NCBI GenBank assembly: GCA_041658725.1
Contig: JBAZZQ010000004.1
Coordinates: 3,437 to 67,436, forward strand
From: Phycisphaerae bacterium
GTDB lineage: Bacteria > Planctomycetota > Phycisphaerae > JAAYCJ01
Reading direction: 5' to 3'
Length of the DNA stretch: 64,000 nt
Shown: one piece after another, positions 39,686-50,703 of the stretch
Layout: the number at the start of each line of letters is the position of its first letter
Numbering within the stretch: position 1 is the stretch's first letter
Notes under the pieces: model-generated
What the model saw: only the letters and a program-made list of their open reading frames with translations
Database searches by the model: none
Told to the model about the DNA's origin: nothing
Made by a program: the position numbers and the translations under genes

Positions 39686-40534
39686 ATGTATGGATTGACC
39701 GTTTTTGAATTTACCATGCTGATCGGGCTGGGGGGGGTGATCGCGGGGTTTTTAGGGTCTCTGACCGGCCTGGGCGGTGGGGTGGTGATCGTTCCCCTTT
39801 TATCGCTGGTCTTTGGTGTTGATATTCGCTATGCCATCGGGGCTTCGCTGGTATCGGTGATCGCCACTTCCTCGGGGTCCGCCGCCGCTTATGTCAAGGA
39901 AGGTTTGACCAATATCCGAATCGGTATGTTCCTCGAAATCGCCACCACACTGGGCGCCCTGGTCGGGGCTTTTCTGGCCGCGAAAATTTCCACCGGGTCC
40001 ATTGCCGTGGTATTCGGCATCATCTTGTTCGTTTCCGCCTGGTTATCAAGCCGGCATCGACCTGAATATCTGGAAAACCAAAAGCCTCATCCCCTGGCGG
40101 TTCGTTTGAAAATGAATGGCAGCTACCCAACCCCGGCCGGGCCTTGTTCCTATACCGTGCAGGGAGTTCCCGCCGGTTTCAGCATGATGTTTGTCGCGGG
40201 AATCATCTCCGGTCTTTTGGGGATCGGCTCCGGGGCCTTTAAAGTGCTGGCGATGGATCAGGTCATGCGGATTCCCTTTAAGGTCTCCACCACCACCAGC
40301 AACTTTATGATCGGAGTAACAGCGGCCGCCAGTGCGGGAGTTTATCTCAACCTGGGATATATCGACCCGGGACTGGTCATGCCGGTGATGCTGGGCGTGC
40401 TGGCCGGTTCCCTGATCGGGACTCGCGTACTGGTTTTAGCTCATACCAGGATACTTCGAATTATCTTCAGCGGGGTCATTTTTGTTTTAGCCCTTGAAAT
40501 GATTTATAACGGTCTCGCCGGAGGGTTGAAATGA
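39686..40534 (+). CDS. TauE/SafE-family sulfite/anion exporter
   Basis: It is a Gly-rich polytopic membrane protein followed by a DUF1634-like gene, which is the usual pairing. Confidence 0.8.
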   Translation: MYGLTVFEFTMLIGLGGVIAGFLGSLTGLGGGVVIVPLLSLVFGVDIRYAIGASLVSVIATSSGSAAAYVKEGLTNIRIGMFLEIATTLGALVGAFLAAKISTGSIAVVFGIILFVSAWLSSRHRPEYLENQKPHPLAVRLKMNGSYPTPAGPCSYTVQGVPAGFSMMFVAGIISGLLGIGSGAFKVLAMDQVMRIPFKVSTTTSNFMIGVTAAASAGVYLNLGYIDPGLVMPVMLGVLAGSLIGTRVLVLAHTRILRIIFSGVIFVLALEMIYNGLAGGLK

Positions 40535-40926
40535 ACCCCCACAAGAATAAATCATCCTGGAACGATTTTACTGTTGAGCAAATTATCGGGAACCTTTTAA
40601 GAATCGGGGTCCTGACCGCTGCCGGTATCGTCATCATCGGTGGAATTATTTATCTGATTCGTTTTGGACATTCACGAACCAACCTGGAAATTTTTCATGG
40701 CGAACCTGCGGATTTACGAACCGTCGGGGGAATCGTAAAAAGGGCTTTCACCCTGAGCGGCAGGGGATTAATCCAACTGGGGTTGCTTGTCTTGATCGCA
40801 ACCCCAGTAGCCCGAGTCGCCTTTTCCCTCGTGGCCTTTATCCTGGAAAGGGATAGAAATTACATTATCATAACTCTGGTCGTGCTTTCGATTCTCCTTT
40901 TCAGTTTGATGGGTGGCAGGCTGTAA
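40531..40926 (+). CDS. DUF1634-like membrane protein
   Basis: It is a small multi-TM protein with a 4-bp overlap with the TauE gene. Confidence 0.65.
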   Translation: MNPHKNKSSWNDFTVEQIIGNLLRIGVLTAAGIVIIGGIIYLIRFGHSRTNLEIFHGEPADLRTVGGIVKRAFTLSGRGLIQLGLLVLIATPVARVAFSLVAFILERDRNYIIITLVVLSILLFSLMGGRL

Positions 40927-40993
40927 CTCTTCTTGCAAAATATGTTTTAAACATTAAAATATTACGCTTTGCTGTAATTTCTGAAAGATCATC

Positions 40994-42997
40994 ATGGCGA
41001 TGGAAGAAAAACAAGCTTGGGTGGCGCGCATTAAGGAGTTGGTCATCGGCGGTGCGCGAAACCCTTTCGAGCAGGGAGTATTTCATAAAATCTCCTTGAT
41101 TGCGTTTTTCGCCTGGGTTGGTCTGGGGGCCGATGGTCTATCCTCCTCCTGTTACGGTCCGTCGGAAGCGTTTATGAATTTAAAGGGACACAATTTCCTT
41201 GCCATTTTCGTCGGATTGGGAACCGTGCTGACGATCTTCGTCGTCAGCTCCAGTTACTCGCAGATCATCGAATTGTTTCCTACAGGCGGCGGAGGGTATC
41301 TGGTCGCCAGTAAACTCCTCTCGCCCACCGTCGGAATGATCTCCGGCTGCGCTTTATTAATTGATTATGTGTTGACGATTACGATTTCCATCGCCAGCGG
41401 GGCCGATGCCATCTTCAGCTTCCTGCCGGCGTCCGTCTTCAGATTCAAAATAGAATTCGCGATTCTCGGATTAATCCTGCTGACCATATTAAACATGCGC
41501 GGAGTTAGAGAATCAGTCCTGGCACTGGTGCCTATTTTTTTGATTTTCGTTATTTCCCATGTCTTTGTCATCCTGTACGCCATGATCGCCCATGCCATGG
41601 ATTTTCCAGCCGTCGTGCAGGGAGCCGCGACTGATATTCAACGAACTCGATCGGAGCTTGGACTGTTCGGAATGATCTTCATCATTCTTCGCGCCTATAG
41701 TATGGGGGCGGGAACCTACACCGGTATCGAGGCCGTCAGTAACGGTCTGCCAATCCTACGTGAGCCGAAAGTGCAAACCGGAAAACGCACGATGCACTAC
41801 ATGGCCATCTCTCTTTCGTTCATGGTCATGGGTCTGATGCTGGCCTACCTGCTTTACAACGTGCATGGTGATCCTGAAAGCAAAAAAACTTTGAATGCGG
41901 TTCTTTTTGAAAGTGTTACCGCGCATTGGCCCAAGTCCTGGAGTCTTTCATTTATCTTCATCACTCTCGTCTCCGAAGCCGCCATCCTTTTCGTGGCCGC
42001 CCAGGCGGGTTTTCTCGACGGCCCCCGCGTTCTGGCCAATATGGCGCTGGATAGATGGATGCCCACCCGTTTCGCCATCTTGAGCGACCGGCTGGTGACC
42101 CAGAACGGAATCCTCCTGATGGGGGTTGCCTCTTTGATCATGATGGCGATGACCAAGGGAAGGGTGGACCTTCTGATCGTGCTTTACAGTATCAACGTCT
42201 TTATTACCTTTAGCCTCTCGCAACTGGGCATGGTCCGTCATTGGTGGCTGGAACGCTTGACCGGTCAATCCTGGAAAAGAAAGTTTGGCATCAATGGAAT
42301 CGGTTTGGTCCTGACACTCTTTATTCTTTTCTCCGTCACCATCATCAAGTTTAATGAAGGCGGATGGATCACCCTCGTTGTTACCGGTAGCCTGGTCGGA
42401 CTGGTTGCCCTGATCAAAAAACATTACGACAATACCGGCCAATTGATGCGGAGGCTCGATGGATTGGTTTACACCGCCACGTCGAACGGAGAAAACTTAC
42501 TCGGCGATAAAATTGAAAAACCGATTCGTTCCCTCGATCCAGATGCCAAAACCGCCGTTTTGCTGGTAAACGGATTTAACGGCCTGGGCCTGCACACGCT
42601 CTTCAGCATCATCCGCCTCTTCGGCGATTTTTATAAAAACTTCATTTTCGTTCAGGTCGGCGTGATCGATGCCGGAAATTTCAAAGGCTCCGAAGAAGTG
42701 GAAAAACTCCAGGAGCATATCCGGAAAGAAGTGAATCGGTATGTCGAGTTTATGGGAAAGCACGGATATTATGCCGAAGGAATTACCTCGGTCGGTATTG
42801 ATATTGTCGATCAGGTTACGCAGGTCGCCCCGAAGCTTCAACAGCGATTCCCCCAAGCCGTATTCTTCGGCGGGCAACTTGTTTTTCCCAAAGACACCGT
42901 CTTGTCCCGCTGGCTTCACAACTATATCGCCTTTTCCGTCCAGAGACGATTTTACCGCATGGGAATCCCCTTTGTGGTATTACCGATCCGCGTTTAG
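40994..42997 (+). CDS. APC-family amino acid/polyamine permease with C-terminal cytoplasmic domain
   Basis: About 12 hydrophobic segments are followed by a soluble C-terminal extension of about 200 aa. Confidence 0.75.
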   Translation: MAMEEKQAWVARIKELVIGGARNPFEQGVFHKISLIAFFAWVGLGADGLSSSCYGPSEAFMNLKGHNFLAIFVGLGTVLTIFVVSSSYSQIIELFPTGGGGYLVASKLLSPTVGMISGCALLIDYVLTITISIASGADAIFSFLPASVFRFKIEFAILGLILLTILNMRGVRESVLALVPIFLIFVISHVFVILYAMIAHAMDFPAVVQGAATDIQRTRSELGLFGMIFIILRAYSMGAGTYTGIEAVSNGLPILREPKVQTGKRTMHYMAISLSFMVMGLMLAYLLYNVHGDPESKKTLNAVLFESVTAHWPKSWSLSFIFITLVSEAAILFVAAQAGFLDGPRVLANMALDRWMPTRFAILSDRLVTQNGILLMGVASLIMMAMTKGRVDLLIVLYSINVFITFSLSQLGMVRHWWLERLTGQSWKRKFGINGIGLVLTLFILFSVTIIKFNEGGWITLVVTGSLVGLVALIKKHYDNTGQLMRRLDGLVYTATSNGENLLGDKIEKPIRSLDPDAKTAVLLVNGFNGLGLHTLFSIIRLFGDFYKNFIFVQVGVIDAGNFKGSEEVEKLQEHIRKEVNRYVEFMGKHGYYAEGITSVGIDIVDQVTQVAPKLQQRFPQAVFFGGQLVFPKDTVLSRWLHNYIAFSVQRRFYRMGIPFVVLPIRV

Positions 42998-43020
42998 AAT
43001 TCACAAGGAATAGAATTTAA

Positions 43021-43047
43021 CTAGCCCCCGATGGCAATCGGGGGTTC
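43021..43047. repeat. Dispersed hairpin repeat (copy 3 of 4)
   Basis: The sequence is ctagcccccgatggcaatcgggggttc, with one loop difference. Confidence 0.85.
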
Positions 43048-43195
43048 TTTTCTCGAAATATTCCGTCGGGCGTTGAGTAAAAAACCAAAAATAAATATTT
43101 TCTATCCATCCTTGGTTTTGAAAGTACGCGTATAACCAACCACCAATAAGACACTTACGGCCTATTTGCTCGGAAATATTTTTTTATTGTGACGC

Positions 43196-43223
43196 TTGAC
43201 TTTCTTTTTTTTTCTGGTATGCT
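43196..43223 (+). promoter_or_regulatory. Candidate rrn promoter P1
   Basis: TTGACT, a 16-nt spacer and TATGCT lie in an AT-rich upstream region. Confidence 0.35.
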
Positions 43224-43310
43224 TGCTATGCTGAAGCTAGCAGTTAGATGCTAGCGACGAGATGTGTTTTTAAAAGAATTAAATTTATTTTAAAAATTTT
43301 AAAAAAGGAC

Positions 43311-43338
43311 TTGACGTCTCGCGAAAAAAGAATAATAT
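43311..43338 (+). promoter_or_regulatory. Candidate rrn promoter P2
   Basis: TTGACG, a 16-nt spacer and TAATAT are preceded by a long A/T-rich UP-like tract. Confidence 0.4.
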
Positions 43339-43500
43339 TATCAACCTTCGATAAGGTGTGATAAAGCGGAAAAATTAGCGACGGGCTTGCGGTTAGTCGG
43401 CCCTCAAAAGCTTGACCTAACTGACTAAGTCGGTCGCCAAATTTTTCGGTGGAAAAAATTAAAAGAGGCACGACCGTAAGGGAGTGTTTCTCTTAAAAAA

Positions 43501-43514
43501 AAGCTCTTTGAAAA
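43501..43514 (+). promoter_or_regulatory. boxA-like antitermination element in the 16S leader
   Basis: aagctctttgaaaa resembles the boxA consensus tgctctttaacaa. Confidence 0.4.
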
Positions 43515-43710
43515 CTAAACAGTTCGATGCCGCAAGATTGTGAGATGCACCTGAATGTGAATGTCATTTAAAGGCCTTCACAATTCCAATGAACCTGTAC
43601 CAGCCAGGGCAGGTTTATTTAACCGCCGTGCTTGCACGGCGGTCCAATCAAATCCAAAAGATTTTTCCCAGGCATTTCTCTTCGGAGAAACGCATGGGTT
43701 TATCGATTAA

Positions 43711-45283
<1,573 letters not shown>

Positions 45284-45418
45284 AAAGGATTATTTAGAAC
45301 CGAAAAAAGGGAAACCAATTTTCGGAATGGATGGTCAGCACTTTTTTGGACTGGTTCGAAAGGATCAGTTTCGGGTACTCGCATCGGTACCCTTCGGACA
45401 TCGAACTGTAAGTTTATT

Positions 45419-45460
45419 CACCGGCCGTGGTAGGCAACTATCGCGGCCGGTACTTTTTTT
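45419..45460 (+). terminator. Rho-independent terminator ending the 16S transcription unit
   Basis: The stem ccggccg/cggccgg (45421-45450) is followed by a run of 7 T. Confidence 0.7.
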
Positions 45461-45514
45461 ACTTGGAAATGAAACCTTATCAACGTAAAATTCATCGTAT
45501 ATTTCAAGATTAAG

Positions 45515-46825
45515 ATGGGTTTAAGAAAACCCACTACGAAAATAAATAATATGAACACAGATAGAAATATAGAGAAAAAGACGCATACGATCATTGCACC
45601 AATTCCGAGACTCACCATACCAGAGGCGTCTTACAAACAGACTTTTTTGTTTCCACCTTATATAACCATTTCTCAAATGAATCCTCAACTCAGAACTTGT
45701 CTCTTGGAAGCAAGCCTGAAAGACAACCAAAGAAGAGATGATGAAAAGGAAAAGATACGAGAAATAATTTTGCAGAGTGACATTGTTTTTTTTGTTGAAT
45801 TGGATTTACACACCTTTGAAAAACAAGATTTTTTTCTGCAAATAACTTTCCCACCTATCGCATATATTATTTTAAAACGAATTTGTGATTTGATGCGTTT
45901 ATTTGCAGACATCCCCGGAATCACAGACGAGATATATTGGTTTCACAATACGGATAAAACAGATACGATTAATCAAAATACCCTCTCGTCTAAATTATGT
46001 CTTGATGTAAATCCTTTGAGGGAACATATTTATCTGGAAAATCAAAATGATAATATTGATATCCAATTTGTACTTGCACTATTTTCATTGGAAAAATTTT
46101 GGAACAAATTAAAATCCTTTTCTCAAGTTGAATCACTTCTAGGCTTTTTGACCGATAAAGAAACCGTCAGCAAGCTGATTACAAGAGGAAATGATGAAGC
46201 AAAGTGTAAAACCGAACATTTTGTATTGGATGTTTATGATGAACGACGATCGGTTTCACCTCATGAGGAGGATGATTCTACCGTCTCTTTAAATTTATCG
46301 AAACAGCAAATACGATGGTTTGCTATGGGCATGGGTGCAGCTTATTGGGACGAACTCATAAATTTTGAAGAAATTCAAAACAGAAAACCCCAAAAACAAA
46401 GGCTATTTCGTGCTTTTCAAATCTTCACAAATTGTTTCCGTCTTAAGAATCCTTTGAGATTTGCCTCATTCATTACCTGTTTAGAGGCGCTCTTCAGCAC
46501 AGATTCCAGTGAACTGTCTTATCAATTATCTTCCCGTATTGCATGGCTTTTGAAACCGGATGATTTTATAGGAAGGAGGGAAATCTTCGATCAAGTTAAG
46601 AAACTTTACGGTTTTCGGTCAAAAATCGTTCATGGTGACGTGTATAAATATGAAGAAATGGCCGAAAATGACGAGAAGGCCTTATCTATTGTCAGACAAT
46701 GTTTTTGGAAGATTTTGTCCGACGATGAAATATATAAACTTTTTTGTGAGGATACAAAAAAGCAGTGTGATGAATTCCTTAAACACTTATTTCTTGGCAG
46801 GCCCAGCGAAATACCGGATAAATAA
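45515..46825 (+). CDS. Hypothetical protein with C-terminal HEPN-like domain (Rx4H)
   Basis: The C-terminus has ...CLEALFS...SYQLSSRIAWLL...YGFRSKIVHGD, with R368 and H373 counted from the 45515 start. The gene is AT-rich. The start codon is uncertain. Confidence 0.5.
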   Translation: MGLRKPTTKINNMNTDRNIEKKTHTIIAPIPRLTIPEASYKQTFLFPPYITISQMNPQLRTCLLEASLKDNQRRDDEKEKIREIILQSDIVFFVELDLHTFEKQDFFLQITFPPIAYIILKRICDLMRLFADIPGITDEIYWFHNTDKTDTINQNTLSSKLCLDVNPLREHIYLENQNDNIDIQFVLALFSLEKFWNKLKSFSQVESLLGFLTDKETVSKLITRGNDEAKCKTEHFVLDVYDERRSVSPHEEDDSTVSLNLSKQQIRWFAMGMGAAYWDELINFEEIQNRKPQKQRLFRAFQIFTNCFRLKNPLRFASFITCLEALFSTDSSELSYQLSSRIAWLLKPDDFIGRREIFDQVKKLYGFRSKIVHGDVYKYEEMAENDEKALSIVRQCFWKILSDDEIYKLFCEDTKKQCDEFLKHLFLGRPSEIPDK

Positions 46826-46826
46826 A

Positions 46827-47378
46827 ATGGAACATCATGTGGAAAAGTTGATTGAAAACGATCTAAGACAGACGTTTGAACAGATGCTAGCCTCACGAGT
46901 AAAACGGCGGTTGGATGTCAAGCCGCATCCCCTTACGCCAAACCATCATTTTGCACCCGTCTCATCCGAATGTTATGATTTATTTCGCGATGGATACTTT
47001 TATGGATGCGTTTCTCTTGTTCAATCTGTGGCTGAGGGCTTGGTAAAATTTTTATGCCTGAGAAATTGTTGGAAGCCAGACAAAGTCTTTGAAAAAAACG
47101 TGGATAAATTATTCGAAAGATATTGCATATCAAACGAATTGAAGGAGCATTTACTCCAAATTTGGAAAGAGCGAGATAACTACCACCACATGAATCAAAA
47201 CATAGAAAAGAATCATAAAAACCTTGAAGACCAAGCAAGAGAGAAACTGGAACTCCTCAACAAAATCGAAAGTGATATTTTTTTCTTTGCCGTCAAAGAC
47301 GGGAAAATCGTCCCCAGTAATCCTAAATATTGGGATAGTAAAAACGGTAAAGCACCAGTATTTTTACGGTGTATGTAA
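46827..47378 (+). CDS. Hypothetical protein, possible second HEPN-like partner
   Basis: The ATG lies 1 nt after the upstream stop codon. The protein is helical and contains WKERDNYHH (an R-x4-H spacing is possible). Confidence 0.35.
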   Translation: MEHHVEKLIENDLRQTFEQMLASRVKRRLDVKPHPLTPNHHFAPVSSECYDLFRDGYFYGCVSLVQSVAEGLVKFLCLRNCWKPDKVFEKNVDKLFERYCISNELKEHLLQIWKERDNYHHMNQNIEKNHKNLEDQAREKLELLNKIESDIFFFAVKDGKIVPSNPKYWDSKNGKAPVFLRCM

Positions 47379-47431
47379 AGGTTTGTATCGAATATAGGCA
47401 GGTATCAAATAATTGAATAGGAAATACACTT

Positions 47432-47767
47432 ATGGTTGTAAAGATCAAAACCCCAAAAGAGAAAATTAAAACTTCGAGCCGCGAGTCTGTTATTCAGCTT
47501 TTGAAGAAAAATCGATCCCGGATAAAAAAATTCGGTGTCCAGCGGTTGGGAATTTTTGGTTCGATCTCGCGAAACGAAGCTGGCGTCCGAAGCGACGTGG
47601 ATATCCTTGTGGATTTTAACGAGACCACTTATCGGAAATATATTGACCTGAAATCGCTTCTGGAAAAAATTCTGGGCCGAAGGGTGGATTTGCTTACTCC
47701 GCCTGCCTTGGAGAACCGGCTTAAAGATAATGTTTTAAAGGATTTGATTGATGTCCAGGTCAGCTAA
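47432..47767 (+). CDS. mntA: MNT-type nucleotidyltransferase antitoxin
   Basis: It carries the GIFGSISRNEAGVRSDVDILVDF minimal nucleotidyltransferase motif. Confidence 0.8.
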   Translation: MVVKIKTPKEKIKTSSRESVIQLLKKNRSRIKKFGVQRLGIFGSISRNEAGVRSDVDILVDFNETTYRKYIDLKSLLEKILGRRVDLLTPPALENRLKDNVLKDLIDVQVS

Positions 47768-48092
47768 AGAGCGATTGTTGGATATTCTCGACGCTATCGC
47801 CGCGATTGACGGCTATGTGGAAGGGATGAAATATGCCGATTTTCTTGCCGACCGCAAAACGCGGGATGCGGTCGTGCGAAATATCGAAGTGATTGGTGAG
47901 GCCGCCCGGTCTTTGCCAGCACGGTTCAAAGAAAAATATTCTGATGTTCCCTGGACAGAGATCGTCGGCATGCGAAACGTTGTCGTTCATCACTACTTTG
48001 GAATTTTATCCGACGTGGTTTGGAATATCGTCAAACAGGAACTGCCCGAACTTGAATCTCACGTAAAAAAAATCCTTGTAAAAACTCAATAG
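47751..48092 (+). CDS. hepT: HepT (DUF86) HEPN toxin
   Basis: It has the Rx4HxY motif (MRNVVVHHYFGI) and overlaps the MNT gene. Confidence 0.8.
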   Translation: MSRSAKERLLDILDAIAAIDGYVEGMKYADFLADRKTRDAVVRNIEVIGEAARSLPARFKEKYSDVPWTEIVGMRNVVVHHYFGILSDVVWNIVKQELPELESHVKKILVKTQ

Positions 48093-48095
48093 GTT

Positions 48096-48254
48096 ATGAA
48101 ACAGAAAACAAAAAAATCCAAACCCCTCTCTGTCCAAAATATCGATATGCAAATGCTCAGGGATAATCTCAAGCGAAGTTACGCCGAGCGAATTCGTCGC
48201 CATCAGATTGCCCTTGAGACCATGGAAAAACTTCAAAGGGCTAAATTCCTATGA
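48096..48254 (+). CDS. Small basic protein (52 aa, not in the ORF track), possible partner of the downstream nucleotidyltransferase-fold protein
   Basis: My translation is MKQKTKKSKPLSVQNIDMQMLRDNLKRSYAERIRRHQIALETMEKLQRAKFL. It overlaps the next gene with ATGA. Confidence 0.4.
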   Translation: MKQKTKKSKPLSVQNIDMQMLRDNLKRSYAERIRRHQIALETMEKLQRAKFL

Positions 48255-48742
48255 GCAAATCATTTTTAACACTTTTGGAATTGCTGGCCAAAAACGAAGT
48301 TGAATTCGTTATTATAGGCGGTTTTGCCGGCGTGGTTCACGGCTGTATTTATGTTACGCAGGATGTCGATATTTGCTGTGATTTTTCAGTTCCAAACCTT
48401 TTACTACTTGCTAAAGCTCTTAAAATTGTACACCCCGTCCACAGAATGACGCCCGCCCGTTTGAAATTGGAACTGAACAAAAAAAATGCCGCACAGTTTA
48501 AAAATTTGTACTTGGATACCGATATCGGTCAGCTTGATTGCCTAAGCTTCGTTCAAGGCGTGGGCGATTTTCACAAGGTCAGGGAAAGCAGCCAGCTCAT
48601 TGAAGTTGAAGGCGTTAAAATGAGGGTACTTAATATTGAAGCTTTGATAGAATCTAAAAAGGCAATGGGGCGTCCTAAGGACCGCTTGATGATCGAACAG
48701 TCAAAAAGAATCAAGAAAGATCGAGGTAAATCTAAAAAATAA
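48251..48742 (+). CDS. Nucleotidyltransferase-fold protein (DUF2204/AbiEii-like pattern)
   Basis: It has IIGGFAGVVHGCIYVTQDVDI (G-G-x-n-D-x-D) and the C-terminus LNIEALIESKKAMGRPKDRLMIEQ. Confidence 0.5.
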   Translation: MSKSFLTLLELLAKNEVEFVIIGGFAGVVHGCIYVTQDVDICCDFSVPNLLLLAKALKIVHPVHRMTPARLKLELNKKNAAQFKNLYLDTDIGQLDCLSFVQGVGDFHKVRESSQLIEVEGVKMRVLNIEALIESKKAMGRPKDRLMIEQSKRIKKDRGKSKK

Positions 48743-49780
48743 TCAGACGCTCTGGCATTCTTGAAGATGAGCGGCTCGGGATTTTGCGGCTGATCTAAAA
48801 TCGCGGATCAAACTGTATTGTGCTTGATTGGTGATCTGGAAGCCTGCGTATTTGATAATTAGACGTTCCAAAAGGGCGGCTGGAGCGGATTTGATTTGCT
48901 CGATATCGTTGCAGATTGAAGCGATTTGATCCAGGTCCGCCGGTTTTATGGGCATGGACAAACTGTCGGTGAGTTTTACGATGTCCTGATATCGGCCTTC
49001 CTGCCATCGTTGAGAAACAAGATTCATCCAGCCGTTGACCGGCCAGGCTGATTTTGGGGCGGGGGCTTCCATATCGTGCCACTGGATATTATGGCCGCGG
49101 ATGATACGTTTTGTCTCGCCTTGATCGTGCTCGATAAATGTTAATTGGATATGGCGCGCGAGTGAAAATTTTAGGCCGATGGTAACCGACACGCACTCTC
49201 TGATGGAAGCAGGGATGGCCATCAGCAGCCATTGGAACGTTTCAAAAGGGGAGGGAGCATCGACGACAATCGATAAATTATTGCTTAACGCCGATTCTAT
49301 AATCTGACAAACATGGTCCATTTGAAAGGGCGGCTGCAAGTTTTGTTCGGGAATGACCAGTTCCAGCGGATCGAGGCGGGTTACGGGGTTAAGGATTCTT
49401 GAATTTCCAATCGCCTGGCCTATGGCGGCATGGACGAGGACGGGATCGAATTTGAATTGCTCAAAGGCCTCGCGATCGAGGATTGCTATGTGTGTATAAA
49501 CTCGATTTCCGCCTCGGCAGGTCTGTTCGGTCCCGGCGTAACAGGAATAGCCAATGCAATATCGGCCCGTGGTTAAACGGTAACTGGATAAACCAATCGC
49601 GGAATCGGACTCGTTGCATAACCCGTCATGCGAAACAGATCGCTGGGTGATTTCCGTTCGTTCGCTATTGCTTACGCCCGGACTGGCGGCGATGAGGCGA
49701 TATCCTTCGCCCATCGGCGAACGTATGGACGTAAAGACGGATTGATCGGCGGGGAGTTTCATAGTTGATTGATTACCCAT
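48743..49780 (-). CDS. Hypothetical protein, possible GTPase-associated (GAP1-like) partner
   Basis: It is translationally coupled to the upstream GTPase gene; an ATGA junction results if the start is M7 at 49762. The N-terminal FTSIRSPMGEGYRLIAASPGV recalls, from memory only, GAP1-type N-terminal domains. Confidence 0.3.
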   Translation of the reverse strand: MGNQSTMKLPADQSVFTSIRSPMGEGYRLIAASPGVSNSERTEITQRSVSHDGLCNESDSAIGLSSYRLTTGRYCIGYSCYAGTEQTCRGGNRVYTHIAILDREAFEQFKFDPVLVHAAIGQAIGNSRILNPVTRLDPLELVIPEQNLQPPFQMDHVCQIIESALSNNLSIVVDAPSPFETFQWLLMAIPASIRECVSVTIGLKFSLARHIQLTFIEHDQGETKRIIRGHNIQWHDMEAPAPKSAWPVNGWMNLVSQRWQEGRYQDIVKLTDSLSMPIKPADLDQIASICNDIEQIKSAPAALLERLIIKYAGFQITNQAQYSLIRDFRSAAKSRAAHLQECQSV

Positions 49781-50643
49781 TCAAATGGCTCCAAAATACC
49801 CTGAAGGGCGGTATGCAGGGGAATGGGCACAACGCATTCGTCATTTTCGCCCGCCGCAAAACCAAGCGACCCCACCGCGCTGCAGGCGAAAAACTCCACG
49901 TTTTCGAATCGGCTTTCGCACATATTCCAAAGACGATATAAATTAGCCCGGACAAACTGGCGGGGGTTGTCGAAACATTCCGGGCAGTAATCGGATTTGC
50001 ATAAAACCACGGCAGTCGGAGTTTTAATCCGCTGATTGCGTTTTCCGGCCAAGGCGGAATCGATATAGCTCATCATCTTCAATGCGAAGAAATCCGGGCG
50101 CGAGGAACCATTGGCCGCCAACGCGGCATCGACGAGTAAAAGGGTTCCCGCGGATTTTGTGACCAGATTGCGAATCACGCGAAAGGTCTGCGGGGTGGCG
50201 ACCTCGGCGGCCAGAGATTCCCCGGCCATATCCGGCATGATCAGGTCGATCCAGTTGGATTTATTCTTTCGTTTGCATATCTGGTAATAGGCCCAATACC
50301 ATTGATTGGTCTCCATCGGTGTTTTCGGTGGAAACACTCGGCTGGCCATGTGGCTGATGACTGTTTGTTGAAGATCGATGGAATAAGGCCCCTTGGGAAT
50401 GGCTTCAAAATCCCCCGCCCGCTGCGAGAGCATATCGAGCAGGAAACCCAGATAAACGGTTTTTCCGACGTTGCTTTCCCCGACGATGCTGACAATCTGA
50501 GGCTCCCGCTGCTGGGCCGCCGAATCGTGAACAAGGGCGAGCGGCGCGGAGCACTCCCGGCAGAGAACGGCCTCAGTCGGGTTATCTGTTCCGCAGATCA
50601 GGCAAGACGTTCCAATTACAGTTTCAGCGTATCCGGCCATCAT
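49759..50643 (-). CDS. Zinc-ribbon-fused small P-loop GTPase
   Basis: It has a zinc ribbon (C14xxC17...C28xxC31), G1 GESNVGKT (K61), G3 DMAGE, a G4-like CKSD and a G5-like CSAV. Confidence 0.7.
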   Translation of the reverse strand: MMAGYAETVIGTSCLICGTDNPTEAVLCRECSAPLALVHDSAAQQREPQIVSIVGESNVGKTVYLGFLLDMLSQRAGDFEAIPKGPYSIDLQQTVISHMASRVFPPKTPMETNQWYWAYYQICKRKNKSNWIDLIMPDMAGESLAAEVATPQTFRVIRNLVTKSAGTLLLVDAALAANGSSRPDFFALKMMSYIDSALAGKRNQRIKTPTAVVLCKSDYCPECFDNPRQFVRANLYRLWNMCESRFENVEFFACSAVGSLGFAAGENDECVVPIPLHTALQGILEPFEWVINQL

Positions 50644-50703
50644 TTTACTCCTTGTACGTGGCGGGCAAGCCCGCCTGCTAAATTAAGACATTGTACGGGT
50701 GTA

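Noticed and set aside
45284-45514. I looked for ITS tRNA-Ile/tRNA-Ala or the start of a 23S after the 16S.
   Set aside because: I could find no cloverleaf-compatible sequence or T-loop (GTTCGAATC-like) motif. The segment instead holds a processing-stem half and a terminator. This was by eye only, so tRNAscan-SE should confirm it.
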